Origin: Ostrea edulis
Lineage: Eukaryota
Assembly (NCBI RefSeq): GCF_947568905.1
Contig: NC_079170.1
Location: 82,894,001-82,958,000, forward strand
Reading direction: 5' to 3'
Length of the DNA stretch: 64,000 bases
The notes below the pieces were generated by a model that was not told the origin of the DNA, made no database searches, and saw only the letters and a list, made by a program, of their open reading frames with translations. This document shows positions 49,319 to 62,323 of this stretch, one piece after another; positions within the stretch are counted from its first letter, which is position 1, and the number at the start of each line of letters is the position of its first letter. Both the position numbers and the translations under genes were made by a program.

Positions 49319-52300
49319 TCACCCTATGGAAGACTTTTGTATTATTTTATATATATTCTGTACAATATAATTTGGGCATGTTGTCGATATGTTTTTAACA
49401 AGCCTTATCAGCTCTCTCTTCCCTGGTAAAATGAGGTCACTGTCCCCTAAAAATATTTCTCTCTTATTGAACTCAGTGTTGGTCAGAAGTAAAATTTTGA
49501 GCCCCACTAGTCTTTGGAGCTGAGGGCAGCCACAGGGCAGGAGGAGTGTGAAGTTGTGTCGGATAGCTGGGTCTTTTAAGCGGTAGAGGTTCTGTTTGGA
49601 GGTAACATTTAGCCAACTCCACTGGAAGCCTGCTCCTTTCCAGTTAAATTCAGTGACATTGTTGACAACAAATTTCATTGCTGAAATGTTTGAATATTAT
49701 ATGAGTTAGAAATTTTGAATTGAAGCTTTAATGTCACTTTGCATCAATTTGATGGTACATGTACACAGGTGATGTACTCAAAGATTGATTTCAACATGAC
49801 ATACCTTTCTGGGTACAGATGTTCGTTGATTTGGAGTAAATGGAAAACATTAGGTGCTTTGGTTTCCATTGAGAGGAACAGATTTCACAGATACCACTCC
49901 TAGACTGGTCAAAGTGTCCCCTTCTGGGTTTGTGTGGGCGTTTCCTTCTGGGTTTGTTGGCATTTCCATGTCCTCTACGACCTGGAGTTTCTAGGATCTT
50001 TGACAATTTTGACAGTTGGTTTCTTTCACTATCTGTACGATTTCCATGGCACCTAATTCATCAAATAAAAATAACTTTTTACAGGTTAACCAAACGATGA
50101 GTTAATTACATTACAATTTAACTACCAAGACTTGAATTCATACAACTTGACCATTATCTTTATAATTTAGTTTTTTTTTCTGACATTCTATAAATAACTT
50201 TATCATTAACCTTATGCATTAGTTTTTTTTTTTTTTTTTTTTTTTTTGACATTCTTTTTTTCATAGCTAAACATAGTATCGGTTATTTTCATCTTTATGG
50301 TAAGAGTTTTAAGTGAATCATAACTCCTGACTAGCATGACTAGTGAAGATGATAATTAATCTATAAGTAAATGTATATCATTCATGAGATAATCTAGTAA
50401 ATGAAAGGTGAAGATAATTAACAGTGATCAATCTCATAAGTTCTATAAGGAATACAAAATAGAGTGTTGGAAAAACACAGACCCCTGGTTATACCAGAGT
50501 TATGTCAGGTGCCTAGGAGGAGCGAGCATCCCCTGTCGACCGGTCACACCTGCCATGAGCCCAATAATTATCTTGATCAGGTAAACGGAGTAATCCGTAG
50601 TCAAATCAGTGTGCCAAGAACTGCCTAACAATCGGTATGAAACATGTTAGAGGGCATTTGACCATCTATATTTGACCCAATGATAGGTTGTATTGGCAAA
50701 CTAGATCAATAGAAGGACTTTAGAATTTGCAAAATGGTGACTGAGATAATCTAGTAAATGCATAGTTTTCATGAGATAACATTGTTTGAGGATCAACTAT
50801 TAGTCGTTCATTAATGTATGAGGTTTGTTTAGGACTTCAACTTTGATATATCCAGCCCTATACAATGTCTTACCCCAGAGACTTTTCCTTAACAATGGAA
50901 TGGCAGCAAGTTTCGTTGTCTGGATGATATGAGTCAGTTCCAGGAGTACAACATCTCTTTCTCAGCGTCTTTGCATCCTTGTTAACTTTACCATTACAAC
51001 AGAGATCTCTGCCTATCCTGTAGGGCAGTTTACCACACATTGGAAGCCTCTTTTCATGGATTTGGCCCTCGCAGGAATTGTAGAGCCCTGGTCCGTTAGT
51101 GCAGCAGGAGCTGTGATGAGAGGCCGTTTTGTTGATGACGGTTTGGCTGTTACAGCACACTTGTTTTGCGGCGGAGTAGATCCGATTGCCACAGCATGTA
51201 GCTTTTTCTGTATTTGTAATCGAATGCAGTGCTCCTGGATAACAGAAATAGCATACATTGAAAGCATTACATAAACAGTACTTTGTTTAAAAAATGTCAA
51301 GAAAAGTACAATGTTCATCGTCTAGTGGTTAGGATGTTTGTGGTCCTAAGGCTGTGTTAAACACGTAAGATGTTTAATATATGTAGTGACTGTTCCTTCG
51401 CCAAATACCCAATATCAAACACTTATAATTATGACTTAATGGAGATGCAGTGTCACTAGTCGATGGCACGATTTTAAAGAACCTTGCCTGCATGTTAGAG
51501 TGCCAGGCAGAGGCCAAAAATTATGACACTTTGCCTATAGCTGTTTTATGCCTTGAGTCTGCGTATGAGTAATGTTTATGAAATATAACGTAAAACATAC
51601 ATATAAAATAAAGAAAGTAACCAAATATAATTACTAATGATAAAATGCTCTTTGTTTCATTAAATCGATCATCGCATTATACCACAGTGCACATTCAATC
51701 AGCGTGGTCCCAGAGCCGTGATCATCGCATTATACCACAGTGCACATTCAATCAGCGTGGTCCCAGAGCCGTGGTATCGGACGCACGTCAGCCGGAAGTT
51801 AATTCATAATCTCGCAAGGAATGTGTTACGATTTAACGGTACGGTCCCTCCAGGACCAAAACTCCCCTTACATAGATAAAATGCTTAATCTTAAGTATAA
51901 ACTATTAGTATAGGTCCCTGACCATTATAAAATAATAATTAAGCTCTTCACAAGAGATATGTATACCATCCTTTACCATTACAGCAGATTTGTCGATCAT
52001 TTCTGAAAGACTTCGCCTTCTTTCCTGCAAAGCAGCAGTGTTCTCGGGGGTCACTGGCATTCACAGTCCCACGTCCACAGCACTTCAACACTCCGTAAGA
52101 AACAATGCTGTTTCCTTGGCAACATATTTCTGTGCTTGGATTATAAAGCCCTACAAAGTTTAAAAAATGAAAGAAGTTTTTAGCTCACCTGTCCATCCAT
52201 AAACTGTTAACATTTTTTTACTTCTCCAGAACCACAAGGCCAGTTTCAACCAAACTTGTCATAAAGCATTTTTTGATAAAGGGAATTAAAAATAATTGTT

Positions 52301-55300
52301 CGAATGGAGGGTAATACCCATTGCAAAGGGTAGATAATTAAGAAATAGTGAAATTGTGGTAGCATATTTTAAAAATCTTCTCAATAACCACTTGACCAGA
52401 AAAGACAAATCTATGTGAAAGCTTCCTTTATGGTGTAGATTAAAAAAAAATCAAAATTGCTCCTATCATTGCCCCGTAGGGTAAGGTGAGGCCACAATAA
52501 GTGCACAAAGTTTTATGTTGGATTATATAGGGACAAATCTTTTAAATTCTTCATCTCGAGAGCAGCAGGGCCTGTGTTAGTCATATTAAATACATATGGA
52601 AGCAAGTTTTACTCAAGTTTATATAGGGAAATTGGAAAAAAATCTTTTTCAACAGTAGCAGGGCCACACTCTATCCTGCTGATAAACAGACATTCCTAAG
52701 TTTTGTGAATTCCATTTTATGATGGATCCTGGGGTGAAGTTGGGACTAAAATTGGGGATTAAATTTCACATAGATACATGCATATACATGTAGGAGTCCG
52801 GTTAAAAACTTCAAAATCTTCTAAAAGATTATTCTCCAGAACACCAAAGCCATCATGGCATGTTAGTCATATCAACATTGAAACACCCCAATGTTGTGTG
52901 GATTCAAGTGGTGTAAAATGATAAACCCATGGGGCTAAATGAGGAACATAACATGGGTCAAAATTTGTCATGGGATTAAAGAGGGTAAAAATCTACTAAG
53001 TACAGCAGTCAATGTGACTCAGGTGAGCGTTGTGGCCCATGAGCCTCTCATTAGTTCTGTCAATCCAACGTCCACAGGTTTGTATTCTCTATTGAGAATC
53101 TGACGGCCATCTTCTAGCTTCTTGCTTATGGTTCATTACAAGAATTTATTTTATGTATCAATAGTGCAACTATTTCAGATATACAATGGGATGTAGCTCT
53201 CTCTCTAAAATAAGACTAAATGGTTTACCTTTGCCGCAGCAATTCCCTGTTCGCGGTTGAACAGTTAGTGGTCCCCGACAACATTGTTTTTCTCTTTTAT
53301 CAAACAGCTTATCACCACAGCAACTAAAATTCCTGTCCCATGAGGAAACATTGTACAGGGATTTCAGGTTAGAAGTCCTGCAGCACTTTTGTTTTTGTAA
53401 GCTAAATATCTGCCCATTGCAGATATGGTGCTTGATCGGAACGACCAGGTCATCCACACACGCGGAAGCAGAATTGTTGTAAGGTGACTTTCGACCGCAG
53501 CACTTAAGTCTCCAAGGGATGTAGGCATCTCCACAACAGTATTTGACTAAAATTAAAAGATATTTCATTAAGAAAGACGTCAAAGACAATTTCAGTTTGT
53601 CATAGATGACATTTTAATAACTTATTTTTAGGATGCAAAACAACATACAAACAAAACAACTTACAAACAAAACAACATGCAAAAAAACCCATACAAACAA
53701 AACAACATACATACAAACAACATACATACAAAACAACATACAAACAAACAACATACATACAAAACAACATACAAACAAACAACATACAAACAAACAACAT
53801 CCATACAAAACAACAAACAAACAAAACAACATACCAACAAAACAACATACAAACAAACAACATACAAACAAACAACATACGTACAAAACAATATACAAAC
53901 AAAACAACATACAAACAAAACAACATACAAACAAAACAACATACAAACAAAACAACATGCAAAAAAAACCATACAACAAAACAACATACAAACAAAACAA
54001 CATACAAACAAAACAACATGGAAAAAAAACATCCAAAGAAAACAACATACAAACAAACAACATACAAACAAAACAACAAACAAAACAACATACAAACAAA
54101 ACAATATACAAACAAAACAACATACAAACAAAACAACATACAAACAAAACAACATGCAAAAAAAACCATCCAAACAAAACAACATTCAAACAACATACAA
54201 ACAAAACAACATGCAAACAAACAACATACAAACAAAACAAATTCTGTGGGGATATGAAAGGTAAAGAATATCCTTTATATTGAATTATACATGTATACGA
54301 CTGTGTGGAATGAAGTTAAATGACGTCATTATTTGTACTTACGCCTGTCTTCCACAAAGAATTGATTTCCGCAGCAGACTCGGGGCTTTCCCGCGTCCGG
54401 TCCAGTCTGTATGTATTTATCGTGACTTAAATTTCCACAGCATATCTTGTTGCGTGTGTCGTAAGTTTTATCTAGAATGGAAAATTTACTAACTCAATAT
54501 TTCAGTCATTAATTTCATAAATCAAGAATATAAAATTAAGAGTAGGGCAATATGTGGCTCTCTGGGAAAATATTGGAATTGACAATACCAGAGGATAGTG
54601 TGTCCCGATATTGTTCCTGAGAGCTACAGATGTGCAGCTGGGACAAACACAGAGCCCTGGACAGACATCAGAGGTGGGATCACAGGGGCTCACTTGTCAG
54701 ATATTTAAGTTTGGGATCACGGGCTCACTTGTCAGATATTTAAGTTTGGTATTATTTGTTCCCGAATTAGCAATTGATTTGTGTCCGAATAATACATTAC
54801 ATGTATATGAATAAAATCCACCACCAAAATCCGCTTTTTTCGTTGTTTTAAAAAAGTTGTATCATGTTTACATTAAAAAAAGTAATGTACACATGATACA
54901 CCTCTTTTAAAACGACGAAAAAAAGGTGGATTTTGGTGGTGTATTTTATTCATATAATTTATTATTCGGGAACAAATAATACAAAACTATTTGACAACCG
55001 AGCCCCTGTGGGTGGGATCAGGTGTCAAGGAGAAGTAAGAGCTCAACGGGAGAGCGGTGAAGTTGACAAAATGACATGCAGACCGCGTAATGACTGTTAC
55101 CGTTATCACGCCGAGTTATAATGATTAATTATTATCAAGTTTCCCGTGGGGATCCGGGTTAAAATAGGTCCTCAGTACTCCTTGCTTGTCCCAAGAAGCG
55201 ACTAAACGGGGCGGACCTTCGGATGATGACCGCGAAAACCGTGGTCCCGTGTCACATCAGGTGTCGCACGATAAAGTCCCCTCCCGAGCCGAGCATACAC

Positions 55301-57179
55301 ACATGTAGGCCTAAATGTTGCAACCCTTCACCTTGTAATTATGACATCTCCGTATGAGTGAAAAATTCTCGAGAGGGACGTTAAACGAGATACAACCAAT
55401 CAATCTAGAGAAGGTAGTCCGATTAGTACATGATACTAATAACTATTCCTCCTCGGGGCATTCTGAAATACAAACAATATATTCATGAAGATACGTACAA
55501 TCAAAGATTAAAATGAATTGATTGATTGATTGATTGATGTTTTCCGTCACACTCAACAATTTTTCAGTTATCTGGTGGCGCCCAGTTTTTATTGGTGGAA
55601 GAGAACCCAGATACAATGTATCTGGGAAGAGACCACCGCCCTTCCGAAAGTAAACTGGGAAACTTACTTACCGGCGCGAGTGGGATTCAAACTCGCGCCG
55701 ACAGAGGTGAGAGGCCGTGTGATTTTGAGCGCGATGCTCTAACCACTCCGCCAAGAATGAAATGATAGATTCCGTGATCATATACATTGTAAAACAAAGT
55801 GTATTTAGAATAATAATATGGTTAAAATTCATGGTAACAGGTAGGGACAGTGATAATTTTATGTTTAATGGTAGCTCATTCCATAATTCCATACATGTAC
55901 TTGTTTAGAAAAATATACACGATAAAAGAAGCAATAATTTCTTCCACTCTCGGAGAAATAAATGACAAAATCTTTTTATTTATTGAATTACTTTTAATGG
56001 GAGAATTTACATTTTTTCTAAAAACTCTGAAAATTTGCGCCATTTTATTCATTTCACCTTATCAAAAATGACAGAAAATAGTAAAAAATTACTGCATAGG
56101 AGACATATTTCTAGTTAAGCCCTATTAAATCTGTAAAATCCGGGAGCTTCCGCTTCCTGGACCCCCACCAGAGCTTCGCCCTGGACCCACTGGGGGCCTA
56201 AAGGCGGACCCCCAGATCCCTTGCCTCAAAAAGTTGCACCCCCAACCGCAATTCCTGGTGGATCCGCCCCTGTGTACGTCTGTGTATTGAAGAGCGTTTT
56301 CGAATACTTTGGTAAACGAAGATAATGATTCAATTTGGAACGCAGGGAATAGGAATCATGAGTTTGAAAATCAGATACCATAAATATTCGGGACACATTC
56401 AGGTATAATAAAAAGTGTTGTACCTTAAAATATACGTGTATACATAGGGCCTACATGCATTGTGTATTTCGTCATCATACAACAGAAAAGTGTATCATGA
56501 CACCAACAAATCGTCGTTTTCACAGATCATATTAATCACCCCTCACCCATTTTCATTGCGGCATCATATTACATTATAGTTGACATTCAGCTCGATTAGA
56601 TTAGTGTGTAGTAAATATCATGCACGAATAGACACGGATGGTGTCTACACATTCCACCCGTGTAACAGGCATTTAAAGTACCTGTGACCGTAAGCATTCC
56701 GATGATATTTTCGATACGAACAACAAACCAAATGCACGTGTACACATGAAATGAAAACTTACCCCCACAGCAGTCCACAGGATGGCCGTCCCGGAGAGAT
56801 TTATTGTGTATTCCGGATGAATCGCAACAGATTTGAGACCTTCTGTCGTATTTCGATACCGTCATATTGCCGTTCTTTGCAAACCAAATGCAATCGTCGG
56901 CCGCCCATGCTGCAAACATGGAATGAAAACAATTATATTGAAATTTTACATATGAAAAACTGTTATTGTTTTTTCTCTATATTAGACATGCATTTTTTTA
57001 AAAAAAAGTTGGGTTTACTTTTAGATAAAGTAATGGGTTTAAATTTAATCCGTAAGGTCGCAAGTGACTAAGCATTGTATTGTATATATAAATCGAATAA
57101 AGATTGTCATACCCCCGTTACTATGCAAGGCGTGAAGACAGATCGCACAAATTACTCTCCAGAATTGTAACACCTTCAT
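49319..57179 (-). CDS. Secreted galaxin-like protein (tandem di-cysteine repeats) with basic linker and possible NTR/C345C-like C-terminal module
   Basis: Exons 57179-57113 (signal-peptide-like MKVLQFWRVICAICLHALHSNG), 56909-56763, 54471-54343, 53546-53229, 52150-51977, 51234-50874, 50052-49805 and 49680-49319. All GT-AG and phase-compatible; 1806 nt, 601 aa. Repeated ..Y/F....Q.CC.G units. Confidence 0.85.
50400..50745 (-). mobile_element. Naiad-type 3' end/terminal repeat copy in a galaxin-like intron
   Basis: ATGAAAGGTGAAGATAATTAACAGTGATCAATCTC...GTCGACCGGTCACACCTGCC...CAATCGGTATGAAACA. Confidence 0.75.
52177..53052 (+). mobile_element. Non-autonomous Helentron-type (HINE-like) element with degenerate internal repeats
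   Basis: 5' TTTTTAGCTCACCTG, complementary subterminal CAGGTGAGC, and 3' hairpin TGTGGCCCATGAGCCTC before TT. Matches the layout I recall for bivalve HINE/Cg170-type elements. Confidence 0.68.
53633..54240. repeat. C/A-rich low-complexity repeat (AAAACAACATACAAAC-like units)
   Basis: Directly visible; generates all six-frame ORFs at 53600-54283. Confidence 0.95.
55142..55405 (+). mobile_element. SINE family 1 copy
   Basis: CCCGTGGGGATCCGGGTT...GTGTCGCACGATAAAG...CTCGAGAGGGACGTTAAAC...CAATCAATC. Confidence 0.75.
55517..55753 (-). mobile_element. tRNA-derived SINE family 2 copy
   Basis: Reverse-complement match to 34054-34296. Confidence 0.75.
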
Positions 57180-58306
57180 TCTAAGACAGAGGGTTAAAAA
57201 TGATTGAAGTTTAGGGAGCTTACACATATTTAATACCTCGCAGGCTGAAGTCATCTGACTAAATAAAGAAACGGGTAAATTTAGGTTGTATTTTTACGTG
57301 CCAGTCGGGGTATTTCCCATTGAATAAATTAATATGTACAACTGCAAGAGACAAATACATGTCTGTAGGTCACGTAGTTTTGTATTTAGTTTACAGTGTA
57401 TGTATAGGACACACTGCATGCGTGATTTGGCGGGGAAAACGATGTTTAAACATTGTGGAATGTCTCATTTGCATGTTTTAATCTTAACATTGTTTATCGG
57501 TTTATTATGTACATATGAAATAAAGTCTGCAGATATCAAACATATTTTAAAACATGTATGCTATTTATAAACTGGGAGTGTGGGATTATTTATAGATTGG
57601 GAAAATCCCGACATTTTTTTTTTATAAAAAAAACAAACAAAACACTGTAAACACGTAAATGCATGCTATGAAGTCTGATTTAAAAAATAAAAATTAAAAA
57701 AAATGTGGGTGAATAAAAGAACAATGATGAAAAATGTATTCTTTTTGTGTTTACTTTTATTCAAATCACATAGACAGAAAGCAAATTCGCTTTAGGTCTA
57801 TGTTTAGATATATAGAAGCAATGTTTAGGGGTTATTTGTACCCGGGGAGCAGTAAATATGAGATATTACATTTATGTCGGATAGAAAGCTTTGATACAGT
57901 TTTCTTTAGGTTTGCAACGTTCCTAAAGCCACCCATTTCTCCATATAAAGGGTACATTTGTACGAAGGGGATGGGGGGGGGGGGGGGGGGGGCAGGGCCA
58001 ATTAATCTGCATTTACTGCCCTGCTAAGATATGGGGATAGAGGTTCTTGTAATCAATAAATGCCTTTCGTGTGTTCCAGAAAGGGAAGGGAATCTAAATG
58101 TTAAAAAATTAAAGGAAAAAAAAAAAACAAAAACAAAAAAACATTGCCTAATGATTTATATATAGATTCCTGCATAATATTGGTTTTCCAATAATTATTT
58201 TGATTTTAGGTAAGCTGTGTTAGCTGTGACAATATACCGATTTCTTTGACTGTACTTTTAAAATAAAACAGGGGTGGGGGCACAGAGAGATTCACACACA
58301 GCCAGA

Positions 58307-58340
<34 letters not shown>

Positions 58341-58791
58341 CTCAGAGATAGAGATAGATGCAGACACACAAACATGAATGCACACATAAAACACACACAT
58401 CAGTTGTATCATGTATATATTTTTATTCATACTATTTTCATGTTTTTTCTATTCTCTTATCAGTCTTAAATGAAGAATCTGTTTTATACAGGACCACACT
58501 GTTAACTTGTCGTTTAGTCATTTGATACCAAATGTAGTGTTACCTGTACCCTGTTGAAATAAAAGAATTTATCATCAATATCTTTATCATCTTCCACTTA
58601 TATAATTTCCATTTGCAGTAAAGTAAATGTGGAGAGAAAAAAAATCCCAAAAGCAAATAGACTTTTAAAAAGCCATTACACTTTATCCATGGAATTGAAA
58701 AACATATATTCTGCATCCAGAATTCATATCTATAAATTCATTATGATCTTATTCTAATTTGTGTCCATAACTTCATTGTTTTGTTTTCTAG

Positions 58792-61700
58792 GTAAACGGC
58801 CATCTGCAAAATACACCAAGTTCTCCGAGCATGCACGAAACCTGATCTCGGGGGAGAAGCAGTGTGCCCTGTTTTGTGGAGGAAAAAAATGCAAGTACTG
58901 CACGTCCGAGAACTGGTCAAGGGAACAGATGGCTATTGACGGGCTCTACTCAAACTGGTATGTCTCGCACACCTCGGGAAGAAATTTCTACTTGACCAAG
59001 GAATCATGGGGGGGGGGGGGGGGAACTAATTAAAAACTACTTACAATACAATGTACAACTAAATAAACTACTTTATTACATTTTCAACCGTGAAGAACTA
59101 TAATTCATCCATTGATTGAAAATAATGTTTTTACAGTGCGACCCATACACAGGCAAATGTGCCTCACGTGAATTTCACGTGAAATTCACATGAATTTCAC
59201 GTTAAAAATTTCACGTGAATTTCACGTAAAAAGTGATTCACGTGAATTTCATGTGAGCATATTAACGTGAATTTCACGTGAATCACTTTTCACGTGAAAT
59301 TCACGTGAAATTTACATGAATTTCACGTGAACGGTTCACGTGAATTTCACGTGAAGAGCAATTCACGTGAAATTCACGTGAGGCACATTTGCCTGTGTAG
59401 ATGCATCCTTTAAGATTTGAAATAATCATGTTCTAAAAGCAAAGAAAATGTAATAAATAAGAAATTCAAAGCTTTGTACTGCAGTTGGATATGAAATTTA
59501 TTTAACTCGTCAGACAGGAATTTTTTAAATTTGCAAATATGAAAAAATTCGAAAATGATAAAAAAAATCCTGTCTTACTCCTGAAATAAATTTGTTTTAT
59601 CCAACTAAAAAGCATTGACTGTCCTCTAAGTACAGTATACTAGTGCAGCTGACTTAACAAAGTATGACTAATACGGTACAAGTATAAATAATGACAGTAC
59701 AATATACAAGTATGAATATAATTACTGCACTATGTGGAGATACTTGAGTGTTTGTAAGTGTTAGTCCTTGTGAAGATGGTACAGTGTATATTACATATTG
59801 TTCACAGTGACACGGATTGCCTTCATCATGTTTATAAACACATTCAAGTGATGATATTACATCAGATATAAAAAAAGATAATGCAACTGGTACTATGAAC
59901 AGAAATTCGTTGGGTTTTTTTTAAAGGGGGGGGGGTGAGAGTGGGGAGGGGGGGGGGGGGGATACAGTATCCAGATCAACCCCCACATCAATGACACATA
60001 TGTTTGTAGGTGACTTATTCCTTTTGATTGCTCTCTATTTGATTAAAGACACTAAATTTTATGTTGACGCTTCTGTTGACAGGGTAACAGACAACATTCT
60101 TGCCATGGCGAGACCTTCAACCAAACAAATGAAGGAGAATAACATCTTGGATCAGTTTGTAAAGTAAGTTACACTGCTCTTATGTTAATTGTATTCTAAT
60201 GCTACGCATTTAATTCAGATAGTGTGATTTGAGTTTATATCTACAAAGTCTACCCACGTAATTCACCGATCAGTACCAAAATCCGATGTACCAGAATCAG
60301 ATGTACCAGAATCAGAACAGATGTACCAGAAACAGATGTACAGGAATCCTGTGTACCAGAATCCTGTGTACCGAAATCCTGTGTACCGGAATCCTGTGTA
60401 CCCGTTTCTTTCTTTTTACATGTGTCACTTTAGATTTCTTACTTTGTACTTTGAACCCAAGATAACAGTGGGATCTGATTATGTACTCCTATCTGACACT
60501 AGTAGTCCAGTAGTTACTAATCTTTGATATCTGTCACCAGTAGTCCAGTACTGACAAATCATTGATATCTGACACTAGTAGTCCAGTACTGACTAATCAT
60601 TGATATCTGACACTAGTAGTGTAGTACTGACTAATCATTGATATCTGACACTAGTAGTCCAGTACTGACTAATCATTGATATCTGACACTAGTAGTGTAG
60701 TACTGACTAATCATTGATATCTGACACCAGTAGTCCAGTACTGACTAATCATTGATATCTGACACTAGTAGTCCAGTACTAACTAATCATTGATATCTGA
60801 CACTAGTAGTCCAGTACTGATTAATCATTGATATCTGACACTAGTAGTCCAGTACTAACTAATTATTGATATCTGACACTAGTAGTCCAGTACTGACTAA
60901 TTACTGATATCTGACACTAGTAGTCCAGTACTGACTAATTACTGATATCTGACACTAGTAGTCCAATACTGACTAATTATTGATGTCTGACACTAGTAGT
61001 CCATTACTGACTAATTATTGATATCTGACACTAGTAGTCCGGTACTGACTAATTATTGATATCTGACACTAGTAGTCCAGTACTAACTAATCATTGATAT
61101 CTGACACTAGTAGTCCAGTACTGATTAATCATTGATATCTGACACCAGTAGTCCATTACTGACTAATCATTGATATCTGGTACTAGTAGTCCAATACTGG
61201 CTAATCATTGATATCTGACACTAGTAGTCCAGTACTTACTAATTATTGATATCTGACACTAGTAGTCCAGTTCTTACTAATTATTGATATCTGACACTAG
61301 TAGTCCAGTACTTACTAATTATTGATATCTGACACTAGTAGTCCAGTACTGGTTAATCATTGATATCTGGTACTAGTAGTCCAATACTGGCTAATTATTG
61401 ATATCTGACACTAGTAGTCCAGTATTGACTAATCATTGATATCTGACACTAGTAGTCCAGTACTGACTAATCATTGATATCTGAACACGATAGGTCAATC
61501 TGTGTATTTTGAGTTTTGTAGACATGACATTGAGCTTGAAAGATTGATCTGAGTATTGTGAGTTTTGTAGAGATAACATTGAACTCACTAGATTGATCTG
61601 AGTATTGCGAGTTTTGTAGAGATAACATTGAACTCACTAGATCGATCTGAGTATTGTGAGTTTTGTAGAGATAACATTGAACTCGCTAAATCGATCTGAG

Positions 61701-62083
61701 TATTGTGAGTTTTGTAGAGGTAACATTGAACTCGCTAAATCGATCTGAGTATTGTGAGTTTCGTAGAGGTAACATTGAACTCGCTAAATCGATCTGAGTA
61801 TTGTGAGTTTTGTAGAGGTTACATTGATCTCGATAGATTGATCTGAGTATTGTGAGTTTTGTAGAGGTTACATTGATGTCGATAGATCGATCTGAGTATT
61901 GTGAGTTTTGTAGAGGTTACATTGATCTCGATAGATCGATTCGTGTATTGTGAGTTTTGATTTGTAGACATGACATAAAGAGTGTGCTGAACCTTCAGAA
62001 GACAGGGGAACATGCTGACTGCGGGGAGGGGCTGGAGAAGGCGGGGTTCTCTTACGACCCGGAGATGTTCATGGATAACAACA
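58792..62083 (+). CDS. PTPDC1: Protein tyrosine phosphatase domain-containing protein 1-like (three internal exons; gene continues beyond them)
   Basis: Exons 58792-58957 (KYTKFSEHARNLISGEKQCALFCGGKKCKY...AIDGLYSNW), 60083-60163 (VTDNILAMARPSTK) and 61968-62083 (DIKSVLNLQKTGEHADCG...GFSYDPEMFM), phase-compatible. Motifs recognised from the PTPDC1 family; the catalytic CX5R exon was not seen. Confidence 0.85.
59148..59397. mobile_element. 250-bp MITE with TA target duplication, filled with CACGTG palindromes
   Basis: TIR CACAGGCAAATGTGCCTCACGTGAATTTCACGTGAA matched at both ends; TA at 59146-59147 and 59398-59399. Confidence 0.82.
60491..61487. repeat. 38-bp minisatellite, about 26 copies, in a PTPDC1 intron
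   Basis: TGATATCTGACACTAGTAGTCCAGTACTGACTAATCAT. Confidence 0.95.
61501..61967. repeat. 49-bp minisatellite containing a 3' splice site plus exon start, 9 copies ahead of the real acceptor
   Basis: GATCTGAGTATTGTGAGTTTTGTAG|AGATAACATTGAACTC...; first copy TTTTGTAG|ACATGACATTG versus true acceptor TTTGTAG|ACATGACATAAAG at 61967/61968. Confidence 0.92.
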
Positions 62084-62323
62084 GTTAGTCCCTGCTTTAC
62101 ACACTAAATGTTTGCAATATTTTACTCACATACTAGTGATATAATTATTTAAAACCATCGTCTATTAATACAATGCATGGGATGTAAAACTGTTTTAAAA
62201 TAGTGTTGAAGTGTTTTGACGTGACGTAAGTTTCAAAATGTCAGTCAATGTATTTGTACCGCTTAATTGTATTAATGGTTGTACATTAATCTTTATATGA
62301 AGAAGCTGAATCGGTGATATATT

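Noticed and set aside
53600-54283. Six overlapping 79-216 aa ORFs (Cys/Phe/Val-rich or Gln/Thr/Lys-rich)
   Set aside because: Products of a C/A-rich simple repeat inside a galaxin-like intron, which lacks stop codons by composition.
20821-61967. CRISPR-like arrays (36-, 38-, 49- and 52-bp repeats)
   Set aside because: Units are directly adjacent with no unique spacers, there are no cas genes, and the context is spliced eukaryotic DNA.
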